The position numbers and the translations under genes were made by a program. Shown here piece after piece: positions 11,240 through 23,620 of a stretch of 64,000 bases of DNA; position 1 is the stretch's first letter, and each line of letters starts with the position of its first letter. A model generated the notes under the pieces. It worked only from the letters and a program-made list of their open reading frames with translations, did no database searches and was not told where the DNA came from. Origin of the DNA: Sporopachydermia quercuum (taxonomy: Eukaryota); assembly GCA_001599295.1 (NCBI GenBank), contig BCGN01000009.1, positions 62,001 through 126,000 of the forward strand, read 5' to 3'.

Positions 11240-11722
11240 AACAACTTCCACACTCTCTGCTCCCAGATATTGGTCCTACTACTACCTCAATGCATGAATT
11301 GTTCGTATTAGTATCACAATNCTGTGCTTCCATGAGTAAATCAATGATCACGTTGGCTCCCCGTTCAACCAGTGGGCATTTTATATCCAATAGAGAACTC
11401 TTGAAATATCTTCCAACCAAATCTATTACCATTATCAACGGGAATTGTTATGGTTTGTTATGATTTTCCCACTTATTTCCAGCCCCAGTTCCATTGATAC
11501 TTTGCTCTACTGCTCCTAGCAAAGTTGAAGCTTTGGTTAAGTGAATCCGACCGTTAGAAGATTCCTGTTTGAATATTCCTGTCGAAAAGTAAAAGCTGGT
11601 GAAAATTGGAGCCGTATCACTTGCTCCTGAAAGGCAATTGTCTTGTTCCAACGATTGAATTAGTTCATCCTCTTGCTTCCCAGTGCTACTTTACATAAAA
11701 CATAAACTGTTGAAATTAAAGT

Positions 11723-11803
11723 ATTCAAGCCATTTAATCCATTCAAGCCATTAAAATCACTCAAGTAATGCAAGCAATTCAGGCAATTCAGGCTGTTTAA
11801 ACC
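11723..11803. repeat. Degenerate 9-bp minisatellite (consensus ~ATTCAAGCC, ~9 units)
   Basis: attcaagcc atttaatcc attcaagcc attaaaatc actcaagta atgcaagca attcaggca attcaggct gtttaaacc. Confidence 0.65.
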
Positions 11804-11889
11804 AATCATAAGCCATGTTGGAACTTCACTTGCTTCTCCTGCCTATCAAAGCAAACTTGTACTTCCATTAAAAGAAAACCGCTCTTCTT

Positions 11890-13681
11890 TCAAAGCAGAA
11901 ACTCGTCATCGTCATCCAGTTTTCTGCCAATGACTTTCTCCTTTGCTTGAGAGAACTCGACAGGATAGAAATCCTGCAGTTTCGCTGANAAACTGTTGGA
12001 TTTCTGTTGGCATCTCTTGAGGTTTTTCTCCACCTGTTTGATGGTTTTATATCTCGTTTTCATTAGCTTTTTGATATCTTCGGTTCTTTGGTTTAATTGT
12101 AAGAGCAACGATTCGATCTCACGGACTTTCGAGTTGATGATTCCTGAGCTAGAAAAGACGAGATGAGGATTTGTTAGTAGATAGGAAGAAAAAGAGGGAG
12201 ATGATGAATTGTTGGATTCTTATAGTAGACAGGGCCGTCATACGAGATGATGATACGAGAGAGGCATGGTAACAGAGAAGAACAATAGCCATAGTGACAA
12301 TGATAGTATAACAGCATTCAATGACAGAATTGTACGTCAAATTGTATGCCAAATTGAATTCCAGCTGCGATAGAATCGGGACAGAATGATAGTCATGGGC
12401 GTAGTGATAATAGCTGGCATTTACTATGATACTATTATACCATAAAGATGTGTCATATGCATATGGAGTACCAACTATTAGTTTATCGTCAACTGTCGTA
12501 CTGATAATAACAGTGCATAATAGTTCATGAGATTTCATAACAATTCACACTAGGGCACCATCAACAGCTATATCTATAAAAACTATAACTTGTGATTGAT
12601 GCCCAATGAGCTACTGGCGCTGTTCTCTCACCTGAATTGGAAATGAGGGTATGAGGTTTAGTCCATGATTTGTATGTAAGGAAAAGAATCTTCCAGCCGG
12701 TTTCTGGTTGGTTTTATCAGAAAGATCATCCTTTTACCTCCAGCTTCTATCAGTTGTAACCCTGCATAGTTACTGCAGGTTGGTGATCCATTGTTGGCTG
12801 ATATCCTATCATATTCATCATATCCCACCCTCATCATCAGAATCCACTTCTAATCCATCAAATACTTACGTTCTAGCCTGCAAAACAATAGCTCTATCAA
12901 GCTTGGAAGAGTCTAATGCATTATTCAGCTGATTGATCAAATAGCCATCAACTGAAAACTGATCAATTCTATCGTAGCTTAAAACATCAGCAAATGAAGA
13001 TGTAACTGAATCATCATCCGTTTCGTTATTACCTGCTGGATGATTGCTGGAATATAATAAAGCCTTTATATTGTCAACATCAACATTGTTAGTAACTTCC
13101 TGGTTTTCCTGGTTCTCTTGGTTCTGTTCATGGCTATATAGTTTAATACTATCATCGTTGTCATTAATTCTCTTACTTCTATTCCTCTCATTTATACCAC
13201 TATCAGTCGAGCCAGCGTCTTGCAATAAGTTTCTACTGTTATCCATGTTTTCCTCTATTTCTTCTTCTATCTCGTTTTCCTCTGGCTCCGGCAGAGCAAA
13301 CGTCCTACTAGGTACAATAGGCCCTTGGTTATATACATAGCCAGGTCTCCGTTGATAAGGAGAGCCATGGATATCATCATCAGAATCTACCTGGTCGTTA
13401 TGGAGACTGAATTCATCTTGAATATACTCCTCGGCTGCGTTAAATGAGTCATTGAATGTCGATGATAACGAAACAGAACGTAGTCTGAGGTTTGTAGCTG
13501 ATTGAGACCCAGTAGCATTGGAATTAGTAGTTTTGCTTGTATTGGTAGTATTGGTTGTGTTAGAAGTCATATCAGAGCTTCTGCTCCCGATAGAAACACC
13601 AGAAAGCTCACTGATGGTTCTATTTCGACTTTTGGAGTTTCCTGTGGCTTTCGTTTGATTATTCGGCTGCATTTTGGCCAT
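11890..13681 (-). CDS. KXD1: BLOC-1 subunit Kxd1; exons 13681-12870 and 12148-11890, 721-nt intron
   Basis: GTAAGT donor at 12869, TACTAAC at 12179-12173, TAG acceptor ending 12149. The spliced product reads LDRAIVLQARTSGIINSK...YPVEFSQAKEKV, typical of Kxd1. Confidence 0.85.
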
Positions 13682-14931
13682 AAATATGCTTGTTGTATGT
13701 GTAGAAGGGGCACCTAACGATAGGTTACCAGAAGCTGACTACTTACAGCATGAAAGTCGAGTTTTGATGGTATAATGTCGCCCAAAATCTTATAATAAGC
13801 CCAATTGTCGATTTTGATATTGTAGGGGTTGTTGCAGCAAATTAATAGTATTATTTGACATCAAATTTGACGATTAGTCAAAATAGCGAGGATAATGTAA
13901 GGAAAAAAGTGCTCATAAGAAGAGCGTATAGTATTAAGGTTGGGTTTATGTATAATATATGTATACTTGTGCATTAATCATGCACTGTAGAGAGCAAGAG
14001 GAACTTACTGTTAAGCAAAAGTGAAATAAGCACACTCAATTCAGAGTATGCCGGAGATTGTCAGAATAATTTAATGGCTAAAATATCAAAAATATAAGTT
14101 CTTATTTCAACCTATAGTTTCATACTGTTAGTTACTGTAGAGATTATACTACTGTAATGATGTATATGATCTGATAGGGAGTATTTAAAGTTTACTGCTA
14201 TGCACTTTTAGGAATTCTGCGAAACCTTACANCTTTTCCAAGCCACAATTGGGGAAATACCCATTCTTCGTCAACTATTAAGTTCACCCATTACTATCCA
14301 AAATAACTGATAAACCTCCTGAATATGTTGGTCTGTCCAAAAATACTAATTTCAATAGTCAAATTTTCAATTGACCNCCTTCCATCCAGCAAAACTCCTA
14401 CCCAAATACTCACTACCACCATTGCTAAGCCACTCTGTAATCTCCTCCCTTCTAATCCATCTTCATGCATCAATTCTGCACTATCATGCTCCTACCCTAA
14501 TCCTACCGCCTACTTATGTGGCTTAGCATTACCTATCTCCTTCACGTGATTCAACTCTCCCCAAATCATCGACAGCTTGTTGATTGCAATTTACAGCTCA
14601 ATTACCTACGACTCACAGTCATCATCAATGACAAGAATAACAAGAGAAATCAATCCTTTGGAACCTAATAAATAGGATATTATCACCAGAACAGCATATA
14701 TTTGATAATGAAACGTTTGTTGCAAGCCGAATGAAGAAGAATTGCTTGTTTCCATCGATACTTAGTTGACTGAATTGCCCTGTTGTTGTGTTGTGATAGA
14801 CTGGCTGTTCTATCAGTGAAGGAAGACCTGTTGGATATTTCATTATACTGCTGCTGGCATTTGATTTCTAGAAGCTTCAAGGCAAGATATCTGCAACTTT
14901 TTCCTTGATTTCCAACAAATTTTAATACATA

Positions 14932-17900
14932 ATGTCAAGAAATCTCCAAGCCCGAGATCAAATGAGGTCTCGGCTGAGACCTTTTGGTATAGTGTGAGTA
15001 CACAATTATGCAGCTTCTAACTTCTCCTAGGATCATAATCCTTATTACTATTGTTGTTTTCTTTATTTACTAACATCTCAGGTTTGAAAAATCTTTGACA
15101 GATCTCATTAATGGCATCAGAGCTCATCCGAACCCTACAGAAAGAGAAAAGTTCCTTCAGGACGCTGTGGCTGAATGCAGAAAAGAAGTAAGAAGTGCTG
15201 ATGTGGAATTAAAAACAATGGCTGTGTTAAAACTGGCTTATCTTGAAATGTATGGCTACGATATGACCTGGGCCAATTTTCACGTTTTAGAAGTAATGTC
15301 TTCTGCTAAATTCCAACAGAAAAGAGTTGGTTATTTAGCAGCTATTCAAGGGTTTAGAAATGATACTGATGTTCTTATGCTTACTACTAATTTGCTCAAG
15401 AAGGACCTTGCTTCTCGACATATTATTGATATTTCAATGGCTTTAAGTGGGACTGCATCTTTTGTTACGTCTTCTTTAGCTAGAGATGTCTGTGATGATA
15501 TATCTAGAATGCTTACTCATTCTAGGCCTTACATTCGGAAGAAAGCTGTGCTGGCTATGTATAAGATATTTGTTCACTATCCTGAGGCTCTACGGACTAT
15601 TTTCCCTAGAATACGGGAAAGGCTTGAAGACGATGATCCCAGCGTTGTATCTGCTACTGTTAATGTTATATGCGAGCTAGCCAAAAAGAACCCCCGGAAC
15701 TACCTATCGCTGGCTCCTCAGCTGTACGAGCTGCTCCAGGAGTCAAACAACAACTGGATGCTTATCAGGATCCTCAAATTGTTTTCCTCGCTGGCTCAGA
15801 TTGAACCCAGACTGAAACAGAAGCTCCTGGGACCAATTATGGATCTGTTGGAGAAAACTAGTGCTGATTCGCTGAAATACGAAGCCATTAATTGTATAAT
15901 CACTGGTGGGATGCTCGATAGACAGATTTCGGAAATGTGTGTGAAATACCTGGTGGAATTCGTGGAAAGCGATGATCAGAACCTGAAATATGTAGCCTTA
16001 TTGGCGTTCTGCAAGATTGCCAAGCTCCATCCCGTCTTTCTACACGATCACGACCAAATCATCCTTAGTTCTATTGACGATGGAGACATCTCCATCCGAG
16101 AACGGGTTTTGGAGCTCATTTCTGGCATTGTCAATGAAGACAATATTGTAGAAATTGTGAACAAGTTGATGGTGCAGCTGCTGCCTTCATTGCAAGACCA
16201 GGACGATGATCTAGAGGGAGACAGTGAAAATAGCAGCTTGGATCCTTCTTCCAGTGCTCATGAAGAGAACATTGCTATTGGGTTCAATAAAAGGACCCTC
16301 CAGAAAGAACTAGACTCGTTGGCTCTTCCCGACAAATACCGTAGCGATGTCATTCGCAAAATAATAGCCATTTGTTCGTTTGAAATGTATAAAACGATCC
16401 CCAGCTTTGAATGGTACATTGCTGTGCTGACAGACCTGGTGAAACTAAGCAGGAGACTATCGCCCTTGCTAGCATACGAAATTGGCGAGCAGATCAGAGA
16501 TATTGCCGTGAGAGTGCCCAACGTTAGAAGCACGGTTGTTGTTGCCTGCTTAAAACTCGTCCTGGACATTAACATTGTAACTACCTGTCCTGGGATCCTC
16601 CCGCCTGTAATGTGGGTCATTGGCGAATTTGCCAGCAGTGTGCCAACCGATTTATACGATATTGTCAAGAACATCCTTAGAATCATGCTTAATGCTTCCG
16701 AGACTCATTCCACTGCTCTAGACGCAGAGACTCTGGTTATATACTTGCAAGCGTTGCCTAAGCTTTTTTCTACTATAGCCAATGCTAATGGCAATAGTGG
16801 AAACGACAGCACGAGCTGGGCTGGCTGGGATTCGTTCAAAGCGGAAAAGATCATAGGCTTATGCCAATTGTACGTACAAGTGTTTGAAAAATACTCGGTA
16901 TCAATTTTCTATGAGGTCCAGGAAAGAAGCGTTGAGTTTCTAGAACTATTCAGAGTTCTCCTAGAAGCTGTTAAAGAACATCCATCGAATGCTGATGAGC
17001 CTCCTTTGCTGTTATCCCTGGCATTGCCGTCCTTGTTTTCTCTCTGGACATTAAACCCTGTAGCTAAGGGAACCCAGTATCGAATTCATCCTCCGGCAGA
17101 TTTGGACCTGGACGAAGTTATATATTCAGAAAGCAGCCTTGGCAGTGGCGATGATGGTGATGGTGATGATTATGGTGATAGCAGGCTGTTTTCTGAGCCG
17201 GAAGACGATGATGAGGACTACGAGCTCTACGGTGACGACCAGGATACCCCAGGGGCTTACGGTGAAGGAAACCATGAATGGAAGAGCAGNGTTAAAGGAA
17301 TTGTTGTTCATGATGTCAGGAGCGAAGAAAGTAATGAGGAGACACTTAGAAGGAAGCAGGAGCGGCTGGAACGTCAGAAATACGATCCTTTCTATATATC
17401 CAGCGGGAAAGAAGAGTCTAAAGATGTTTCTACTGCTAGCAGTGCCAATGGCCTTAGTAACAGAAGCAGCAGGAATAATTCGGCGAAATCCAGCGCGTCT
17501 CCGGATGCCGATAAGCTAGATATTGAAGAAATCTCTATTAATGCATTGTCGTTAGCAGGCGATCGTAGCACTGGAGCTGTTACAAAAAAGAAAAAGAGTA
17601 AAAAGGTCAGGAAACCAGAGATTCTTGCTGACGAGACCGTGTTTGGCGATGAAGACGCTGATCTAACTGTGCGAGGTATAGCCATTGCAGGCAAAGTCGA
17701 TAGCAGTAGAAATAGTGGATTTTATAGTGATGAAACAGGAAATAGCATTGGTAAAGGCGGAATTAAAGGGATCAAGCAGGAAAAGAAGAAGAAAAAGAAT
17801 AAGCTGATGATCGACACATCGGAGCTTGATAGTTTTGATATTGAGAAGGAGAATCCCAATGACGACGGTAACGATGATGACGTTAATAGCATTGACATTG

Positions 17901-18169
17901 AAGCATTGAGAAAGCAGCTGGAGGGATTTCCAGTTAGTAAACAAGCAGAAGAGGAGCCTTTAGGTAAACCTGTTATTAAGAAGAAGAAGAAAAAGGTATC
18001 TTCTAAAATAGTAGTAGGCGATGATAAGGAGAAGAAGAAAATGAATAAAAAGAAGAGCAAAGAGAACGAAGGAAAAGAAAGAAAGATAACGGTGGATGAT
18101 GAAGGAAATGAGGTTATAGTTGTTTCCAAAAGTAAGAAGAAAAAGCCGAAAGTTGCCCTGATTGAGTGA
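14932..18169 (+). CDS. APL5: AP-3 adaptor complex delta subunit; exons 14932-14993 and 15082-18169
   Basis: Spliced N-terminus RLRPFGIVFEKSLTDLINGIR; KLAYLEMYGYDM, FHVLEVMSS, QQKRVGYLAA. GTGAGT donor, TACTAAC branch, CAG acceptor. Confidence 0.94.
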
Positions 18170-19571
18170 TGAGTGAAAGTATTGGTAATTACCAAAGGAT
18201 TGTCTGGAAGATAGAAGTTTATTGCTGTTATTAATATACTATAACATAAATAGTAGAAAATTATTAGTATTGATANAAATATAATCAAATTAGTGCTATT
18301 ATTATCATTTAGGGCTGTTGATAATGGCTTCCCAAGAATCCGTTGAGAGTCCTCTACTGTAATATGTGATTTGCTGAAAGTGCTTTCGATATGATTCAAT
18401 GCTAGGTTTCTCACTGTTATGAAAGCAGAGATAGAATTGAATGTCAATGTTCTTCTCTTCTCAGAGTTTAGCTATATTGATTAAGCTGCAACCGTTTTAT
18501 AGTAACAAGAAAATTATAATAAAACAAGTAAATGGCATATAAAAGCATCAAGTGACAGCAATAAATAGGAAAATTTTCGAGTAGTTCCAACCGGTACAGG
18601 ATTTCGAACATTAGGGGAAGTTTCCCTAAGAAATTAGTACAATAATTCTATTTTCTGTTGTAGAATTCTGCTCCAAGGAAATATCCTGTACCGGGTTCTG
18701 CGTGGGAGCTGCTCCAGGTATCACAAGGAATTTGTTGAGGCCACCTCTGGCGCACCTCTGGCACTAATCCTGTACTAGGGCTCGTAGGAGTTTGTGCTAT
18801 TGTTAGCGCAAGTTAGGAATGAGCCAATGATGGCATTTTGGAGAATTTATTATAAATCTGCTGAATTAATTAATCATAACGGTTAATTATTTAAATCGTT
18901 TCACAAGATAGCAGAAAACAGTACACACTGTTTTCTTGGTTTCTGATGATTCATAGAGTGTCAAACAGTAGTTATACTCTCGGTAACTATTAATTGTTAT
19001 TCATGAAGGCGCAACTGGCAATCTTCCGAAGAAGAACTATGATAAATCAGATCTATCAGCAAATAATTACAATCAGTTTATTCTTTCATCTGTTGTCCTA
19101 TCACCCTTTCAGCGAAAGCAGATTCCAGCTTATCCGTTTATGGTGTGTAGTTCATACACAACACACTACAATCTACTGCAATACAATAAATATATATCAA
19201 TTGAAACATGAAAACACATACAAACATATGTAGACATAATCATCTATATAAATCACATATAGATAATATTGCATGACCTGTGTACCAATTGATTTGATAT
19301 GATTTAAATATGCAATCTAATGAATAACTAATAATTCCCCGTTAAAGTTGTTCTTATAAATCCTTCTTCATTCCTTCCTCCTTTCCCTCTTATGCTTTGA
19401 TACTATCGTATACTTTCGCTATAATGTAGTAGTAGTAAACCTACTAGCACTATTGTCAATATATTGAACTCCTACTCCAAATATCTCTTCTCCTCACTTC
19501 TTTTCTCTAACAGAGAATATGAGCCGTTTTAATAAATGTATGTCTTTAAAATCCTTCCACTGGCTATTCAA

Positions 19572-20491
19572 CTAAGAAGATTCAGCACCAGCANCAGCAG
19601 CAGCTCTTCTTTCTTTTCTTGCTCTTGATAAAGCAGTCAATCGGCTTGCTAGTAATTCATCTTGTTTCTGGTTCAATCCATGCAAATAATAGCCAATGCC
19701 CATCCAAACAGCCGCACTGATAGCATAGCCAGGTAGCCAAGATTTGAGTGATCGCTGTTGAATTCCTAATTGATAAGCTCTAGTAGCCAATCCTAATGAT
19801 AGTTAGTATGATAGAAGAGTCAAATAAAGGGAATTGATAAGATATCATTAGATGGGTTCGGAAATCAGACAGATAGTTGTACGATGCCGATTCTAAACTG
19901 AGTATTCAGTGTTTGTACGGAACATGATTTGGCCTTAGGTTTCAGACAGGAAATAACAGTTGATATTGAAGTTTCTTGTATACATATCGGTAGCAATTGG
20001 TACACATTTGAATGATCTGCAGAGGAATGACTAGTATCTCTTCCATTAAAGTTGACGATTTTTTAAGCATTGTGTTCGTTGCAAACTATTTTCTATAGTT
20101 TGAATTGTGATGTCCTCACAGATCCCTTTGGCCTATGACATAGTTGATAGTCGATGTAGTTATTTGTAGTCTGTCTTTCATTATCTAGCAGGGATTTTTC
20201 AAATATTCTGTAAATAACTGATTATGAGCATTTATACCTTCAAAACATAACAATAACAAGGATAATTTTGTCATGAACTTGGTGCACGCTTCTCAAGTTC
20301 CCAAATTCCTCCAATCTCTAACTTCAGCTTTGAGACATCTTTTAAAAAGAGCACAATCAAATCCTGTTTATATACGCCTAAGCCCATTTCTTATCCATTC
20401 TTATCCATCCAATTTTGATATCTATCGAACAAAATCACATATACCACTTACCAAAAGCACCCCAGCCTGCTAATTGTAATCCCAATGCCAT
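19572..20491 (-). CDS. Mitochondrial complex I accessory subunit, NDUFC2/B14.5b-like (fungal 14 kDa / Yarrowia NEBM type); exons 20491-20452 and 19792-19572, 659-nt intron
   Basis: Spliced product MALGLQLAGWGAFGLATRAYQLGIQQRSLKSWLPGYAISAAVWMGIGYYLHGLNQKQDELL...; two short hydrophobic helices and a W-x-x-F-G-L-A-x-R-x-x-Q-L-G-I motif. GTAAGT donor at 20451, TACTAAC at 19808-19802, TAG acceptor. Confidence 0.8.
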
Positions 20492-21382
20492 CTTTAACAA
20501 TAATATATGTTATATCAACCAAAACCTAACGTCTACTTCTCTGGTATTTATATAATCATCAACAGTAGTTTCGACGCCAAGATCTATCAGCAAAAACTAT
20601 AGCAATACGTTATTGTCATCACCACACATTGCCTTGATACTGTTATTGTATGCAATCCCATTGCAGATGCTTACAGTAGTAATTCTGGTTGAGCAAATGA
20701 TGATTGGATCAATGATTGGATGTAGAACTGTTAGTGCTGAGATATTCGCTGAAAGATGGGTTTATTAGAAAGAACTGCGTATATTGAGGAATTAGAAGAT
20801 AGCAAGGATTTTAAGGTGAGACGTGAAGTTACAAATAAGAGAAATGGAAATGAAGAGTTAAATATGATTATTTAAACAGTATATCATCAGGTGACTCTCT
20901 GTGTGCCCTTTAAGAAGATTAAGTACTATTTGATTGTTTGTGTTTTGTGCTTAGTGATAAGAACCTACCACATATAACTGATGATCTGCTGTTTGTTGTT
21001 GTTGCTGTAATGTTATTGGTTGCATACGTACTAACTGAGTGCAGAGATGTCTGTATTTACGATGGTTTACAGTTGCTTTGAAATAGGAGCGTGAGCTAGT
21101 TGAAACGAGTCATAAGGACACATTGGCAGACAAAGGAAAAAAGGGAAGCTAGAGAAAAAAGAATTCGAAGACAATTAACAGACACATGATAGTAGAACGT
21201 AACAGTAGATAAGATAGTGTGTTTGATTTTTCTAGTGATTTCAATAGGTTGTTTGATTATAGGAAGTATTTCTGAGTAGTAGTTACCATTGGTTTCGTGT
21301 TGTGAATCCCTGAGACCGTTGAATTCTGATACTGCAGTTTGCGAACGCTCCGCAACATTTTACAACTTAACAACAATTCGAT

Positions 21383-22691
21383 ATGCATTTCACATTTGCC
21401 GATACCTGTTATACAGTGGGGAAATGGGAAGTCTCCGTGCTTACCTGTTGTTCTTATATCATTGACTGGTTTATATACCTGTGCGTGTCACCTATACCCT
21501 TTTCTGGGTTAACATTCATTTGATAACTTTGAAATACCCAAAACTTTTAACATATCCTCTTTGATCTTGCTACTAATCGATACCCCTTATCTTATAGAAC
21601 CTTTATTGGAGCATTTGGAATAATGAGCAGAAGTAATCCTCGCTATGTTGAATTCTCTCTCAAAGATTATAATCTATGGTACTACTATTATCCAGAATCT
21701 CAAACAGCTGTTCCTTTCTGGTTGTTGATACTACTGGCTGTCATCATTCCATGTTTGCAGATAGTAATTGATGCTATGTTAGATTTTAAGAGCAGCAAGA
21801 AGAGAAGATTATGGGATCTACATATTGGACTATTATCTTTAACAGGAACATTATCGTTAGTTTTGATATTTGTCACGGTCCTGAAAAACAATACTGGACT
21901 TCCAAGACCCGACATGGTAGCAAGATGCCAACCGTGGGATTGGGACCTTCCACCTTCAGGACAATTATCAAATGTGGGTATCTGTTCAAATCCTTATCTC
22001 GGAGTTGTAAATGCCGGATTTCGATCATTTCCAAGTGGACATGCTACGAGTAATTACAATACCATTGAATTTATAGTTTTATCATAACACATTGATACCA
22101 TCACAATTTCTAACACTATGTTCTTATATCGCTATAGCAATATTTTCCACATCAACTTTACTAGCATTAATTGCTGCTGGTAGATTGAGAGTTGCTGATG
22201 GAAGAGGACTTTCTTTGAAAATATTCTTCGTTATTTCACATTTCATCACAGCTACTTACGTGTCTGCTACTAGAGTATCGGATAACCGTCATTTCTTACG
22301 TGACGTGATAGCGGGGGCAATACTTGGAATTTTTATTGGCACATTTATGTACCATTTGTACTATCCCGCAGTATTCAATTTGGAAAATGGAGGACGAGCA
22401 TTTCCTCCAAGGAGATTTGGCATAGATGTATATCATAACGGTGTGGGAGGTTTTTGGGACCTTGGAAATGAACCAGGTGCATACAAGAAAAGAACAAAAG
22501 TCCCAGGAGAAGAGTCATCTAATTATGAATCATCATATCAAAATAGCACTCCTATTGAAGGTACTTATATACCACCTGAACCATCGAAAGTCTATGAAAA
22601 ACCAAAGGAGAAAGAAAAGAGGATGTTTAGTGGTGAAGGATTTGGCATACAGAAAAAGATATCCAAGGCATTTAGTATTGAAAAGAAGTGA
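21383..22691 (+). CDS. PAP2-family lipid phosphate phosphatase (Dpp1/Lpp1-like); exons 21383-21480, 21598-22049, 22138-22691
   Basis: Catalytic motifs KNNTGLPRPD, SFPSGH and TRVSDNRHFLRDV; N-terminal SYIIDW. Two introns (GTGCGT..TACTAAT..TAG; GTAATT..TTCTAAC..TAG) restore one frame. Confidence 0.85.
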
Positions 22692-23102
22692 TTGCTTGGC
22701 TGTACAATATTCGATATTGCACAGCTTCGGAGACTAATATATATAATTTTTGCTAGCGAGTAAAGCGCTGAATGGTGCGTATAAGTGGTAAATTGTGATT
22801 TACTGAAAAGAAGTTCAGGAGTAATTGATAGACTAATTACTTTAATATGAAAGAATGCAATTCATTATGATACAAAATTTTTGTTCTATCATTTGATAAT
22901 ATCCAAAGCCTAAACGGAAATTGTCATTCTTTTCCTCCGCGTTCTAATAACCTTCTACAGTATCCTATATCATCAAGTACATGATCTATATTTTCCCAGC
23001 CCTTACAGGCTGATCTCATTCATGTTCTCATTCTGGAAATAATCATCTCCAATAATATCCGTAACATCCTTACTCATTTTTGATGACGTAATCGCAAAAC
23101 AC

Positions 23103-23110
23103 TTACCCGG
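23103..23110 (+). promoter_or_regulatory. Reb1-type site TTACCCGG upstream of NUP1
   Basis: Exact consensus ~510 bp upstream of the ATG. Confidence 0.4.
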
Positions 23111-23620
23111 TTTTGCTCTCGCCAAGTCAGGCAATCAAACTATCTTTTCCTGATTCATTCACACATCAACAATAATAAACAAACATTCTACGCTTCGGCA
23201 ACAATTAGATCATCATTGTCAGGACTTACTTGACCAGAATCATAATAAAAGTAGCAGATTGACAGCTCAACCTGTTACTATACAAGATTTATAATAGCAA
23301 GAGCTCAACCGTAATATTATTATCCATAATAGTTAGTCTCCTGAACTTCCGCCTAGCTCTACCAGTTCACATTATATTACCTAATCTTTTATTCCTATGC
23401 TATTTGCATATATTATCGTAGCGAATGCTCATTGATTTGCTGCTGGTTTATCTATTACTGTATTGATAAATACACATTGATTAGGTTAACTATTGGATAT
23501 TGCTACTAGATAATCAATCAAATATACAGGATTGAAGTATTCAGCTCGTTGTTGAGAATCACACAAGTTCACTGTTAATAATCAGCGACACTTCCCTCAG
23601 GCAAAGCTCACAATCACACA

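Larger units (their letters stand above)
9668..11696 (-). pseudogene. Putative decayed protein-coding gene of unrecognised family, interrupted by a CDC6-derived insert
   Basis: ATG at 11696 followed by one frame with two stops to ~11270 (track ORFs 11448-11651 and 11217-11438 share this frame). Further long minus-strand open segments are linked by frameshifts down to ~9670. A frame reading ...AESVEVVPIGTV|KNGCFLEE... is continuous once the insert and one repeat copy are removed. Boundaries approximate. Confidence 0.5.

Noticed and set aside
9668..11696. LTR retrotransposon remnant
   Set aside because: No LTR pair, primer-binding site, or RT (YxDD), RNase H or integrase motifs in any frame I translated.
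12149..12538. 129-aa minus-strand ORF in the track
   Set aside because: It lies wholly within the KXD1 intron, ends at the 3' splice-site TAG, and has no recognisable domain.
20238..20274. Alternative first exon (MTKLSLLLLCFEG) for the complex I subunit
   Set aside because: Weak GTATAA donor. The exon at 20491-20452 has GTAAGT and gives the family-typical WGAFG motif.
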